Shown: positions 8,827-17,661, counted from the first letter of the stretch. The stretch: DNA of 32,000 nt from an uncultured bacterium (GCA_963699255.1 OY969425.1:750001-782000), one strand, 5' to 3'. The notes: a model not told the origin generated them from the letters alone. Program-made: numbers and translations.

Positions 8827-9936
8827 ATGGCGAAACGCGATTACTATGAGCTTCTCGGCATATCAAAGAGCGCATCGGCCGATGAGATAAAAAAAGCATT
8901 CAGGGCCCTTGCAAGAAAATACCACCCCGACGTGAACAAGGAACCCGGAGCGGAAGCAAGATTCAAAGAAATAAACGAGGCTTATTCCGTCCTATCCGAC
9001 AGCCAGAAAAGGGCCCAGTACGATCAGTTCGGCCATGCGGGCCCGCAGCAATCCGCAGGAGCGGGTTTCGGAGGTTTTGATTTCAGCGATCTCTTCAGGG
9101 GCGGGTTCGGAACGAATTTCGAGGAAAGCCCTTTCGAGGACCTTTTTGAAACGTTCTTCGGCGGCGGAGGCGGACGAAGAGGGCACGCGGGACCCAGGCG
9201 GGGCGACGACCTGCAGTACAATATTTCCATATCTCTGGAAGAAGCGGCAAAAGGATTCGACAAAGAGATCGATCTCCCGCACTATGTGGCCTGCCAGACC
9301 TGCAAAGGAAGCGGCGCCCGTCCTGGGACAAACCCGACAAAATGCGGCACTTGCAAAGGCTCCGGCCAGGTAAGACGGATGCAGAGAACGATGCTCGGCA
9401 GCTTCACCCAGGTGACCACCTGCCCCGACTGCCAGGGAACCGGGGAAGTGATAACTTCTCTGTGCGTTGAATGCCACGGAAAGGGTCAGATAAAAAAGTC
9501 GCACAAGGTCTCGGTCAAGATCCCGCCGGGCGTCGATACGGGGAACAAGCTAAGGATCCCAAAAGCCGGAGACACCGGAGATAAAGGCGGAGGCCCCGGA
9601 GACCTTTATATTTTCATTACCGTAAAAAACCACCCCTTGTTCGAACGCGACGGCGCTGACCTCCATTACAAAGCCCTCATCACATTCGTACAAGCCTCAC
9701 TTGGCACAGGACTGGAAGTCCCTACAATAGACGGCAAAGCCACGTTGAACATCCCCGTCGGCACGCAGCCGAACACGGTGCTGAGAATGAGGGATAAAGG
9801 GATGCCTCATCTGAACAGCAAAGCAAGGGGCGACCAGTACGTCCACGTGGAGATCGAGACACCGACGAATCTTACAAAAGAGCAGAGCGAGCAGCTGAAA
9901 AAGTTCGGCCGGTTAAGAGGAGAGATGAAAGAATGA
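8827..9936 (+). CDS. dnaJ: Molecular chaperone DnaJ
   Basis: J-domain with HPD (KYHPDVNK), G/F-rich region, four CxxCxGxG zinc motifs. Confidence 0.99.
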   Translation: MAKRDYYELLGISKSASADEIKKAFRALARKYHPDVNKEPGAEARFKEINEAYSVLSDSQKRAQYDQFGHAGPQQSAGAGFGGFDFSDLFRGGFGTNFEESPFEDLFETFFGGGGGRRGHAGPRRGDDLQYNISISLEEAAKGFDKEIDLPHYVACQTCKGSGARPGTNPTKCGTCKGSGQVRRMQRTMLGSFTQVTTCPDCQGTGEVITSLCVECHGKGQIKKSHKVSVKIPPGVDTGNKLRIPKAGDTGDKGGGPGDLYIFITVKNHPLFERDGADLHYKALITFVQASLGTGLEVPTIDGKATLNIPVGTQPNTVLRMRDKGMPHLNSKARGDQYVHVEIETPTNLTKEQSEQLKKFGRLRGEMKE

Positions 9937-10670
9937 TCCCGAGGATATTTGTCCCTTTTGAAAGGATAAAGGATAACAGCGCGTTGATCGACGGAAGCGA
10001 CGTCAATTACCTGAAGAATGTTCTCCGCCTCAAGGCTGGCGACGAAGTGATCGTGATGGACAGCAAAAGCAAAGAATACGCCTCAAAGATCGTGACAATA
10101 GAAAAGGACCTCATCAAAACCGAGTTGGTCGCTGAAAAACACCCAAAATCAGAGTCAAAAGTGAAGGTGACCATTGCCCAGGGGCTCCCGAAAAATCCGA
10201 AGATGGACCTTATCGTGCAGAAAGCCACGGAACTCGGCGCGGCAAGGATAATCCCCGTAAAAGCGGAGCGAAGCATCGTTAAGATACTTAAGGAAAAAGA
10301 AAAAAACAAAGTTGATCGATGGCAGAAGATCGCAAAGGAAGCGGCCGAGCAATCCGGCAGGCTGATGATCCCGGTCGTTGAAGAAACAAAGGACATCAAG
10401 GACGTTTTAAAGCTCCGCGGTGATTTCGACAGATGCATAATGCTGTGGGAAATGGAAAAAGAAATAACGATCAAGGCGTTCCTGAAAGAGAACTGCGGCA
10501 TAAAATCTCTTCTCGTGCTTATCGGGCCTGAGGGAGGGTTCTCACACAAAGAAGCTGAGCTTGCGAAAGAACATGGGTTCATAACGGTGACAATAGGCAG
10601 CAGGATCTTGAGGACGGAAACCGCGTCGCTCGCGGTCCTTTCCATGATAGATTATGAATTCGAATTATGA
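9933..10670 (+). CDS. rsmE: 16S rRNA (uracil1498-N3)-methyltransferase RsmE
   Basis: MIPRIFVPFERI...HYLKNVLRLKAGDEV-like N-terminus and LVLIGPEGGFSHKEAELAKEHGF...SRILRTETASLAVLSMIDYE C-terminus; ATGA overlap with dnaJ. Confidence 0.93.
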   Translation: MIPRIFVPFERIKDNSALIDGSDVNYLKNVLRLKAGDEVIVMDSKSKEYASKIVTIEKDLIKTELVAEKHPKSESKVKVTIAQGLPKNPKMDLIVQKATELGAARIIPVKAERSIVKILKEKEKNKVDRWQKIAKEAAEQSGRLMIPVVEETKDIKDVLKLRGDFDRCIMLWEMEKEITIKAFLKENCGIKSLLVLIGPEGGFSHKEAELAKEHGFITVTIGSRILRTETASLAVLSMIDYEFEL

Positions 10671-10677
10671 AAAGAGC

Positions 10678-12018
10678 ATGCCGAAAGTAGCTTTCTATAC
10701 CCTGGGCTGCAAATCGAATCAATATGAAACTGACAGGATGACAAAGATCGCTTCCGACGCCGGATTCGAGATCGTCCCCTACCCGGGCCCCGCAGATACA
10801 TATGTAATAAACACCTGCACCGTCACCGGCAATGCCGATAAGAAATCGAGGCACGCAATAAGATTTGCGAAAAAGATCAATCCGTCAGCAAAAGTCATCG
10901 CCACGGGTTGTTATGTGGAAACCGCCAACTTTAATATGAAGGAAGCTGATATTGTCCTGCCCAACAAAGACAAGTTTGATCTAGCACAATACCTCGCCTC
11001 TTTCGCCTCTCGACCTCTTAACCTCTCCCCCTCTTTCACTCCTAGCTCTTCTAGCTCTCCTAGAATCCGCGCCAACCTGATGATCGAGAACGGCTGCGAG
11101 AATTTCTGCAGTTATTGCATCGTTCCTCATGTCAGAGGAAAAATAACCAGCATCCCTTTTGATAAAGTGATAGCTGAGGCAGAACAGATGGTCAAGGATG
11201 GGGTGAACGAAATAGTAATAACAGGGATAAATCTGGGAGAATATGCTTTGGAGCCTGAGACTAAACGTCTCGGCTCCAATCGATCAAACAGGAACCGCGA
11301 CGTTCAGTCGCAGGTTCCTTTGCTTATCGACAAATTATCTCAGATCGACGGCTTGCTAAGGATAAGACTTTCGTCCATTGAACCGATGTATGTGGATGAT
11401 GAATTGATCAGGACCGTGAAAGAAAATCCGAAAGTCTGCAAACACCTGCACATACCCATGCAGAGCGGTGATGACGGGATACTTAAAGCGATGAACCGCA
11501 GTTACACCGCGAAAGACTTCCTCAGCATGGCAAAAAAGATAAAGGGACAAATTAAGGACGTTGCCGTAACAACGGACATCATAATCGGATTCCCAGGAGA
11601 GGATGAAAAAGCGTTCAGGAACACTCTCAAGCTTATCGATAAGATCCAGTTCTCAAGGATACACATATTTTCCTATTCCGACAGGCCGGGAACCGTGGCA
11701 TCAAAGCTCCCGAATAAGCTCGATCCAAAAGTCATCGATTCCAGATACCGGATACTGGATAAATTACGAATTGAATACATGCTTAAATTCCACAGGTCTT
11801 TTTCAAAAAAGCCCATGGATGTGCTCATCGAGCAGAAAGACAGGAAAACCGGCATGTTTGAAGGGCTTACAAGCAACTATATAAGGGTGTTCCTGGCGGG
11901 CCTGCCCCATCGCAGGCGGGGTGACGATATGGGTGATGAATCGATCGGAAGGATTATCCCCGCGAAATTTAAGGATTTTCAGGGCGAGAATGTTTTAGCC
12001 TCCCCTGTTCTGGTATAA
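10678..12018 (+). CDS. mtaB: tRNA (N6-threonylcarbamoyladenosine-C2)-methylthiotransferase MtaB-like (track start 10654 is possible; 10678 is the alternative ATG)
   Basis: MPKVAFYTLGCKSNQYETDRM... and radical SAM GCENFCSYCIVPHVRG; follows rsmE as in known dnaK operons. Contains lineage-specific-looking insertions (see findings). Confidence 0.92.
   Translation: MPKVAFYTLGCKSNQYETDRMTKIASDAGFEIVPYPGPADTYVINTCTVTGNADKKSRHAIRFAKKINPSAKVIATGCYVETANFNMKEADIVLPNKDKFDLAQYLASFASRPLNLSPSFTPSSSSSPRIRANLMIENGCENFCSYCIVPHVRGKITSIPFDKVIAEAEQMVKDGVNEIVITGINLGEYALEPETKRLGSNRSNRNRDVQSQVPLLIDKLSQIDGLLRIRLSSIEPMYVDDELIRTVKENPKVCKHLHIPMQSGDDGILKAMNRSYTAKDFLSMAKKIKGQIKDVAVTTDIIIGFPGEDEKAFRNTLKLIDKIQFSRIHIFSYSDRPGTVASKLPNKLDPKVIDSRYRILDKLRIEYMLKFHRSFSKKPMDVLIEQKDRKTGMFEGLTSNYIRVFLAGLPHRRRGDDMGDESIGRIIPAKFKDFQGENVLASPVLV
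11250..11319. repeat. Tandem pair of imperfect palindromes inside the mtaB coding region
   Basis: ggagcctgagac-taaac-gtctcggctcc (11250-11277) and aggaaccgcgac-gttca-gtcgcaggttcct (11290-11319). Each has a 5-nt loop and one bulged base. Confidence 0.85.
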
Positions 12019-12027
12019 TACCAGATC

Positions 12028-12849
12028 ATGAAGATAGTCCACATTGCCGATACCCATTTAGGCTACTCCGCCTATAATAAAAGGGCAGAAAACGGATATA
12101 ACCAACGCGAAGAAGACGTGATTAATGCTTTTATAGAAGCCGTTGATAAAATCATCGACTTGAAACCGGATATCGTGCTCCATTGCGGGGATCTTTTTCA
12201 TTCGGTAAGACCTACTAATAGGATCGTCAGCAAAGGGATAGAACAGCTTCTAAAAATATATAATAACAAAATCCCTTTGGTTCTTATATCTGGCAACCAT
12301 GAAACCCCAAAACAACTATATACGGGAAGTATTTTTAATATTTTTGAAGCATTAGGTCTGAAAAAGGAATTGTTTAAGATAGTTTATAAAGATAAATATG
12401 AAATTTTCAAACTAGATGGATTGACGGTGCATGCCATCCCACAATGTTCAAATGATGAAAGGTTCAAAAATGAATTGAAGACCATTAAATTGGACCATAA
12501 CACAAAGAACGTCTTGATGCTTCACGCAGGAGTGTGCGGGATGAAGGAATTTAGTCATGGTGAATCGAACGAGCTTCTTGTTGACTATAATTGGCTGATA
12601 AATTCGAAAATGGATTATATTGCCCTTGGACATTATCATGGATATATCCCTTTAAGTGAAAATGCGTGTTTTTCCGGTTCAATAGAAAGATTAAGTTTTA
12701 ACGAATGTGGGCAAAAAAAATGTTTTTTAGTGATTGATCTTTCGGATAATCAGAGAAATATTAAACCAATATATTTAGATACACCCAGAGACATGGAAGA
12801 CATGCCCCCAATTGATGCTTCAGGGAAAGATTCTGTAGTATCTACTTAA
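12028..12849 (+). CDS. sbcD: Mre11/SbcD-family DNA double-strand break repair nuclease, catalytic part
   Basis: MKIVHIADTHLGYSAYNKR, HCGDLFHSVRP, LISGNHETP, GHYHGYIPLS: the metallophosphoesterase motifs of Mre11/SbcD. Confidence 0.93.
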   Translation: MKIVHIADTHLGYSAYNKRAENGYNQREEDVINAFIEAVDKIIDLKPDIVLHCGDLFHSVRPTNRIVSKGIEQLLKIYNNKIPLVLISGNHETPKQLYTGSIFNIFEALGLKKELFKIVYKDKYEIFKLDGLTVHAIPQCSNDERFKNELKTIKLDHNTKNVLMLHAGVCGMKEFSHGESNELLVDYNWLINSKMDYIALGHYHGYIPLSENACFSGSIERLSFNECGQKKCFLVIDLSDNQRNIKPIYLDTPRDMEDMPPIDASGKDSVVST

Positions 12850-13090
12850 AGAAATAAAAAATAAAATTGAACTTCAAAACCCTAAAGAGAAAATAATCCG
12901 AATGACCGTAAGGAATATCCCCCAGCATGTATTGAATACTCTTGATACAAAAAAAATAAGAGAAGTGGCAAAGGACGCGGTGCATTTTGAGCCAAGATAT
13001 GAAAAAATCACGGAAGAAGGCAGTGCCGAGACCATTAAAGTTCTCTCCGGTGGAGCAAAAGAAGAATTTCAAAACATTCCTTTCAACTAA
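12842..13090 (+). pseudogene. Continuation of the Mre11 C-terminal region in the +1 frame (frame-disrupted fragment or frameshift product)
   Basis: Frame open from 12839: ..LLKEIKNKIELQNPKEKIIRMTVRNIPQHVLNTLDTKKIREVAKDAVHFEPRYEKITEEGSAETIKVLSGGAKEEFQNIPFN*. It continues the Mre11 sequence (MPPIDASGKDSVVST...) directly. Confidence 0.7.
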
Positions 13091-13187
13091 AAAAGAATTA
13101 AACAATACAGATCAGGATACTTTCTTTGATTGGTGGTCACGATTCTACGATAATATAATGAAAGAAGAGGAAGAAAAGGAGAAATGA
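13086..13187 (+). pseudogene. Last Mre11 tail segment in a third frame, overlapping the rad50 start as ATGA
   Basis: TKKELNNTDQDTFFDWWSRFYDNIMKEEEEKEK*, with stop TGA at 13185-13187 overlapping the rad50 ATG at 13184. Confidence 0.6.
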
Positions 13188-15223
13188 AGCTTAAATCACT
13201 TTCTCTTAAGAATTACCGCCAGTATGAAGACTCGACCATAGAGTTCGGCGATGGCATCACCGGCATCATAGGCCTTAACGGTGCAGGGAAGTCAACGCTC
13301 GTTGAAGCGATTGCCTGGACACTTTACGGGCCTAACGCCACCCGCACCGGTAAGGAAGGAATCAAAAGGTCCACGGCTCCGCTTACAGCCAACGTTGAGA
13401 CACAACTGATCATAGAGATAGGCGGAACAGAATACAAGATCGTCAGGGTACTTAAAGGCGCGTCTCAGACGGCAGACGCATCTATCATCACTGGAGGAAA
13501 TGTTATTGCCGATTCTGTAAAAGGCGTCGAGAAAGAAGTTGGCTTTCTTCTCGGTATGGATTGGAAAAGTTTTTATACTAGCTTCTTCGCAAAACAAAAA
13601 GAATTGAACGCGCTTACAAGACTTCAGAAATCCGAAAGGCAAGAAGTCATAATAAGGATGCTCCGAATCGATACCATAGATAAAGTGATTGATCTTGTAA
13701 GAAAAAGATTGCGGGAGGGCAAGCTGGAGCTCGAAAACCTGAAGAAAGTCATGACCTCAAGAGATGTGAATTTTCTTGATAGAGACCGAATGATCAAGGA
13801 AAACGAAAAGACCAAAAAGGATAAGGAGCTTTCAAAGGTTACTGCTGAGATAGAGCAACTTGAAAGCTACAGGGCTAAATTTAAGGATAAATTCAATGAA
13901 GATAGGGCCTTGTCTAACAAACACTCGGAATTAAATACAAAAATTGCGGCGCTTGGATCAAGCCGCGATGAGACACAAAAGAAATTAAATGAGCTTTCTT
14001 CCGACATTGAAGAGATAAATAAACTGGAAAAAGAACTGCCAGGGCTTGAAAAAGAATATGCGAAATGCAAAGGACTTAAGGATTTAGCCAATAAAATGCT
14101 TGCAGTAAAAGAAGCTCAAGAGGAATCCCATGATAAATCAAAAGCGCAAATCAAAGAAATGATTAATGACCTCAATAATGAATTAAAAGAATTAGAGGGG
14201 GATGAGCAATTATTAGTAAAGAATAAGATTTGCCCAACTTGTAGGAGAGAATGGAATAATCCAAAAGAAATCAAGGCTCATTTTGAGAAGGAAAAAATGA
14301 AGATTAATGAACAGCTAAAAAAGTTGGAGCTTTCCAGGGTAGAAGTGAAAATGTTCGATGAGGCAAAACATAAAAGCATTATAGAGCAAATAAATGAGCT
14401 TGAAGGCTCATTTGAGAAATACCCTGAAGTTAAAACACAGGTCGCTCGAAAACTGAAAGTGGAAGGGCTTTTTGCTGGCGCGATCAAAAAAAGAGAGGAA
14501 ATCGACATTGAAATAAAATCAAAAGAAAAAGAGCTTAAAGCTGTCGGCTATGACCCGAAAAGACATGAACAAATAACAGAAGAAAATGAAAAGACCGATA
14601 AGGAATTAAAAGAATATTACAACAAAAGAAACAACTTAAATCTTGAAATTAAAGAGCTTTCGACAGAGATAAGGAACTTTGAAAAAGAAATAAATGATGC
14701 GAAGGAAAAAAAGGAAAAAAAGGAAAAGATGACCCGAAATCAGGAAAAGAACGAACAATTCCTGAGCCTTGTCATTGAATACAAAAAGCATCTTATATCG
14801 CAGATCGGGCCCAAACTTTCGGAAATATCAGGAAGGCTCCTTACGGAACTCACAAACGGTAAATATACGGGGGTCGAATTGAACGAAGATTATGAGCTTT
14901 TCATATTTGATGGCAACACAAAATACGCGCTCTCCAGGTTCTCGGGTGGAGAGGAAGATGTAGCTAATCTGTGTCTACGCCTTGCTATATCCCAGCTCAT
15001 AGCTGAATCAAGCGGAACCGAAACTGGTTTCATAATCCTTGATGAGATCTTCGGTTCCCAGGATATACACAGAAAATCATCAATAATAGAAGCTCTTAAT
15101 CAGCTTACAAAACAATTTAGGCAGATAATATTGATAACCCATGTTGAAGACATAAAAGATACCGTTGAGAACATCATTGAAGTAATAGAGAACGAAGAAG
15201 GCATCAGCCAGATCAAAGCTTGA
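13184..15223 (+). CDS. sbcC: Rad50/SbcC-like ATPase with zinc hook
   Basis: GLNGAGKSTLVEAIAWTLYG Walker A; central coiled coil with CPTC hook (NKICPTCRREW); LSRFSGGEEDVANLCLRLA signature; FIILDEIFGSQD Walker B. Confidence 0.93.
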   Translation: MKLKSLSLKNYRQYEDSTIEFGDGITGIIGLNGAGKSTLVEAIAWTLYGPNATRTGKEGIKRSTAPLTANVETQLIIEIGGTEYKIVRVLKGASQTADASIITGGNVIADSVKGVEKEVGFLLGMDWKSFYTSFFAKQKELNALTRLQKSERQEVIIRMLRIDTIDKVIDLVRKRLREGKLELENLKKVMTSRDVNFLDRDRMIKENEKTKKDKELSKVTAEIEQLESYRAKFKDKFNEDRALSNKHSELNTKIAALGSSRDETQKKLNELSSDIEEINKLEKELPGLEKEYAKCKGLKDLANKMLAVKEAQEESHDKSKAQIKEMINDLNNELKELEGDEQLLVKNKICPTCRREWNNPKEIKAHFEKEKMKINEQLKKLELSRVEVKMFDEAKHKSIIEQINELEGSFEKYPEVKTQVARKLKVEGLFAGAIKKREEIDIEIKSKEKELKAVGYDPKRHEQITEENEKTDKELKEYYNKRNNLNLEIKELSTEIRNFEKEINDAKEKKEKKEKMTRNQEKNEQFLSLVIEYKKHLISQIGPKLSEISGRLLTELTNGKYTGVELNEDYELFIFDGNTKYALSRFSGGEEDVANLCLRLAISQLIAESSGTETGFIILDEIFGSQDIHRKSSIIEALNQLTKQFRQIILITHVEDIKDTVENIIEVIENEEGISQIKA

Positions 15224-15267
15224 TCTGCCCCCGTCATCGATCGCCAGAAATATCAGATATTAAGTAC

Positions 15268-15570
15268 TTATTTTTTCCTGCGAGCCGGTTTTGCTTTCGC
15301 TTTTGCCTTTATCTTTATCCCCTTGAAAACCAGAAGTCCGTTATATAGCCAGGCAAAAACACCTATATAAACAAAACAGGTGACAAAACCATAAACAAGT
15401 CCCAGTCCTGCCCCTACCCAGCTGACCGTATAACCCGGGAACACTCCACCCAGAACCGCAACTGCCCTCAAACCTCTGCCGAAGTAGATGCCGTAGATCG
15501 GGACAAGGAACATCGAGATAGCGGAAACTATAGCGGCGGACAACGCGAACTTCAATGTGTTGAGCTTCAA
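15268..15570 (-). CDS. Small multi-spanning membrane protein with a Lys/Ala-rich basic C-terminal tail; function unknown
   Basis: MKLNTLKFALSAAIVSAISMFLVPIYGIYFGRG...FAWLYNGLLVFKGIKIKAKAKAKPARRKK; hydrophobic segments predicted by eye. Confidence 0.65.
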   Translation of the reverse strand: MKLNTLKFALSAAIVSAISMFLVPIYGIYFGRGLRAVAVLGGVFPGYTVSWVGAGLGLVYGFVTCFVYIGVFAWLYNGLLVFKGIKIKAKAKAKPARRKK

Positions 15571-15598
15571 ATTTATCCCCCCTTTGCCTGATACGATA

Positions 15599-16135
15599 TT
15601 ACTTAACTACCGTTTTGTCAACGCCGTCTATTTCGACAAGGTTGACAATGACATCTTCATCAGGAGTGGTTGATATTTTTTCCCCGACATAATCGGGATG
15701 GATAGGCAGCTCCCTTAACCCGCGGTCGACCAGTGCGACAAGCTGGATCTTTGACGCCCTGCCGTAATCGGCTATGCTGTCCATCGCGGCCCTTATCGTC
15801 CTGCCGGCATAAATAACGTCGTCAACCAGAACGACTATCTTGCCGTCGATGGAAAAAGGTATATCGGACCTCTTAACCTCGATCTCGGAGCCTTTTTTTC
15901 GGATGTCATCCCTGTGAAGTGAAACATCCATTGACCCGACAGGTATCTTTACGTTCTCCGCCGCTTCGATGAACTTTGCGATCCTGCTCGCGAGGGGAAG
16001 CCCCCTGTTCAAAACGCCAACGAGGACGATATCTTTCGTGCCTTTGTTCGTTTCAACTATTTCCCTGGCTATGCGCTTTAGTACGAGCGAGATTTTTTCT
16101 TTGTCCATTACTATCTTTTCTTTTGCCGCGCTCAT
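15599..16135 (-). CDS. pyrR: PyrR-like bifunctional pyrimidine operon regulator/uracil phosphoribosyltransferase
   Basis: LVGVLNRGLPLASRIA...GSMDVSLHRDD...IVVLVDDVIYAGRTIRAAMDSI...LVALVDRGLRELPIHPDYVGEKI: PyrR hallmark motifs. Confidence 0.93.
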   Translation of the reverse strand: MSAAKEKIVMDKEKISLVLKRIAREIVETNKGTKDIVLVGVLNRGLPLASRIAKFIEAAENVKIPVGSMDVSLHRDDIRKKGSEIEVKRSDIPFSIDGKIVVLVDDVIYAGRTIRAAMDSIADYGRASKIQLVALVDRGLRELPIHPDYVGEKISTTPDEDVIVNLVEIDGVDKTVVK

Positions 16136-16145
16136 ATTGTCCTCA

Positions 16146-17549
16146 TTATATACCGATCGCGGAACTTATGTAACTCTCAAAACTCGAGATCATCTCTTTG
16201 AGCTTGCTTTCGGAACTGCTCTCGTAATAGACGCGGATCATCGGCTCGGTCCCGGAAGGCCTGATAAGTATCCAGCTCCTGTCCTCGAATATCAGCTTGA
16301 CGCCGTCAACTTTCGAAATATGGCTCAGCTTTGCCCCCGCGGACCGCGCGGGCGGTTCTTTTTCAAGAAGCTCCATCAGCGTTTCTTTGGCTGACGCAGT
16401 CAGCTTAAGATTGATCCTCTTGTTAAAGAAGCTCCCGTATTTTTCGGAAACTTCTTTTATCAGCTGCGAGAGGGGCTTTTTGCGCCTGGCGATCATTTCG
16501 CAGATCAGGAGGTTGGCCAGGATCCCGTCCTTTTCCGGTATGTGGCCCCCTATTGTGAGCCCGCCGCTTTCCTCACAGCCGATTATAACGGGCTCTTTGA
16601 GCATGATCTGCGCGATGTGTTTGAAACCAACGGGGGTCTCATGTACCTTTATCCCGTGATATTCTGCGATGGCATCCATCATGTGGGTCGTCGCTATGCT
16701 CCTGACGACGGATCCGGAGTCCCCTCTCTCGTCAACCAAATAAGCAAATATTACGGGAAGCACCTGATTGGCGGTCAAACAATTCCCTTTTTCATCAACA
16801 ACACCGAACCTGTCCGCATCAGGATCAGTGGCAAGCCCCGCGCCGCAGCCCTCCCTCAACACCAGCTCCCTGAGTTCCTTTAAATGGTCGCCTACAGGGT
16901 CAGGGGTGATCCCTCCGAAAAGCACGTCGCGGTATCCGTGTATCATGAAAACGCTGCAGCCGGATTCCTGGAGTATCCTGTCCAGATAATCCCTGCCTGT
17001 TCCCCAGAGAGGATCATAGGCGACTTTCAATCCGGCTTTTTTGATAAGATCAAAATCGATGATCTCCCTGAGATGTTTTGCGTACCTGTTTATCGGATTA
17101 AATCTTTCGATCTTTAGTGTGACCTTTGATTCTATCTTCCCGCTGTTCTTTACGTATTTCTCTATCTCGTCCGTAATGCCGGCGAAAGCCGGACCGGCGT
17201 AATCCGGTATGAACTTCATCCCGCAATATTGCGGCGGATTATGGCTTGCCGTGATCATGATCGCTCCGCCGGCGCTTCTGTCTTTCACGGAAAAAGCCAC
17301 TACGGGGATCGGCGTGTCCCTGTCCGTCATGTAACAGGATATTCCGTTGCCGTGAAGGACTTTCACGATCTCTTCGGCATAGTGTTCCGTAAGGAACCTT
17401 GTATCGTATCCTATGATGATCCCCTTTTTTGCCAGACCATGGTTGTTCACGTATTGGGCGATTGCTTGCGCCACTATTCTCACGTTCGCGAACGTGAACT
17501 CGTCCGATATTACCGCCCGCCATCCGTCCGTGCCGAATTTAATGGCCAT
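16146..17549 (-). CDS. Phosphoglucomutase/phosphomannomutase family (alpha-D-phosphohexomutase)
   Basis: KFGTDGWRAVI, ITASHNPPQYCGMKF, DPDADRFGVVD, CEESGGLTIGGH, RPSGTEPMIRVYYE. ATG at 17549 preferred over the TTG at 17552 used by the track. Confidence 0.94.
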   Translation of the reverse strand: MAIKFGTDGWRAVISDEFTFANVRIVAQAIAQYVNNHGLAKKGIIIGYDTRFLTEHYAEEIVKVLHGNGISCYMTDRDTPIPVVAFSVKDRSAGGAIMITASHNPPQYCGMKFIPDYAGPAFAGITDEIEKYVKNSGKIESKVTLKIERFNPINRYAKHLREIIDFDLIKKAGLKVAYDPLWGTGRDYLDRILQESGCSVFMIHGYRDVLFGGITPDPVGDHLKELRELVLREGCGAGLATDPDADRFGVVDEKGNCLTANQVLPVIFAYLVDERGDSGSVVRSIATTHMMDAIAEYHGIKVHETPVGFKHIAQIMLKEPVIIGCEESGGLTIGGHIPEKDGILANLLICEMIARRKKPLSQLIKEVSEKYGSFFNKRINLKLTASAKETLMELLEKEPPARSAGAKLSHISKVDGVKLIFEDRSWILIRPSGTEPMIRVYYESSSESKLKEMISSFESYISSAIGI

Positions 17550-17578
17550 CAATTCCTCCCGTTATTTTAGTCTTTAGT

Positions 17579-17648
17579 GTGAGAGTGAGTATGGAGTAAT
17601 GAGTTTTTGGCTTTTGCTTCGCTCAAGACTCAGGACTCAAACTCATAC
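17579..17648. repeat. Heptad-periodic inverted arms between the phosphohexomutase gene and tRNA-Ser
   Basis: GAG cores at 17587/17594/17601 (7-nt spacing) on the left; CTC cores at 17622/17629/17636/17642 on the right. Confidence 0.55.
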
Positions 17649-17661
17649 TAATTACTTAACA

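Noticed and set aside
8992-9504. ORFs 8992-9504 (-), 9024-9263 (-), 9035-9373 (+) and 9095-9340 (+)
   Set aside because: Overlap DnaJ with its complete zinc motifs; composition artefacts.
11895-11930. Third palindrome in mtaB (gcctgc-cccatc-gcaggc)
   Set aside because: Only a 6-bp stem without a clear insertion relative to the expected C-terminal domain; too weak to group with 11250-11319.
12842-13105. Minus-strand ORF 12842-13105
   Set aside because: Antisense to the Mre11 C-terminal continuation; no recognisable domain.
16297-17570. Plus-strand ORFs within the phosphohexomutase gene
   Set aside because: Antisense shadows of a gene with all catalytic motifs intact.
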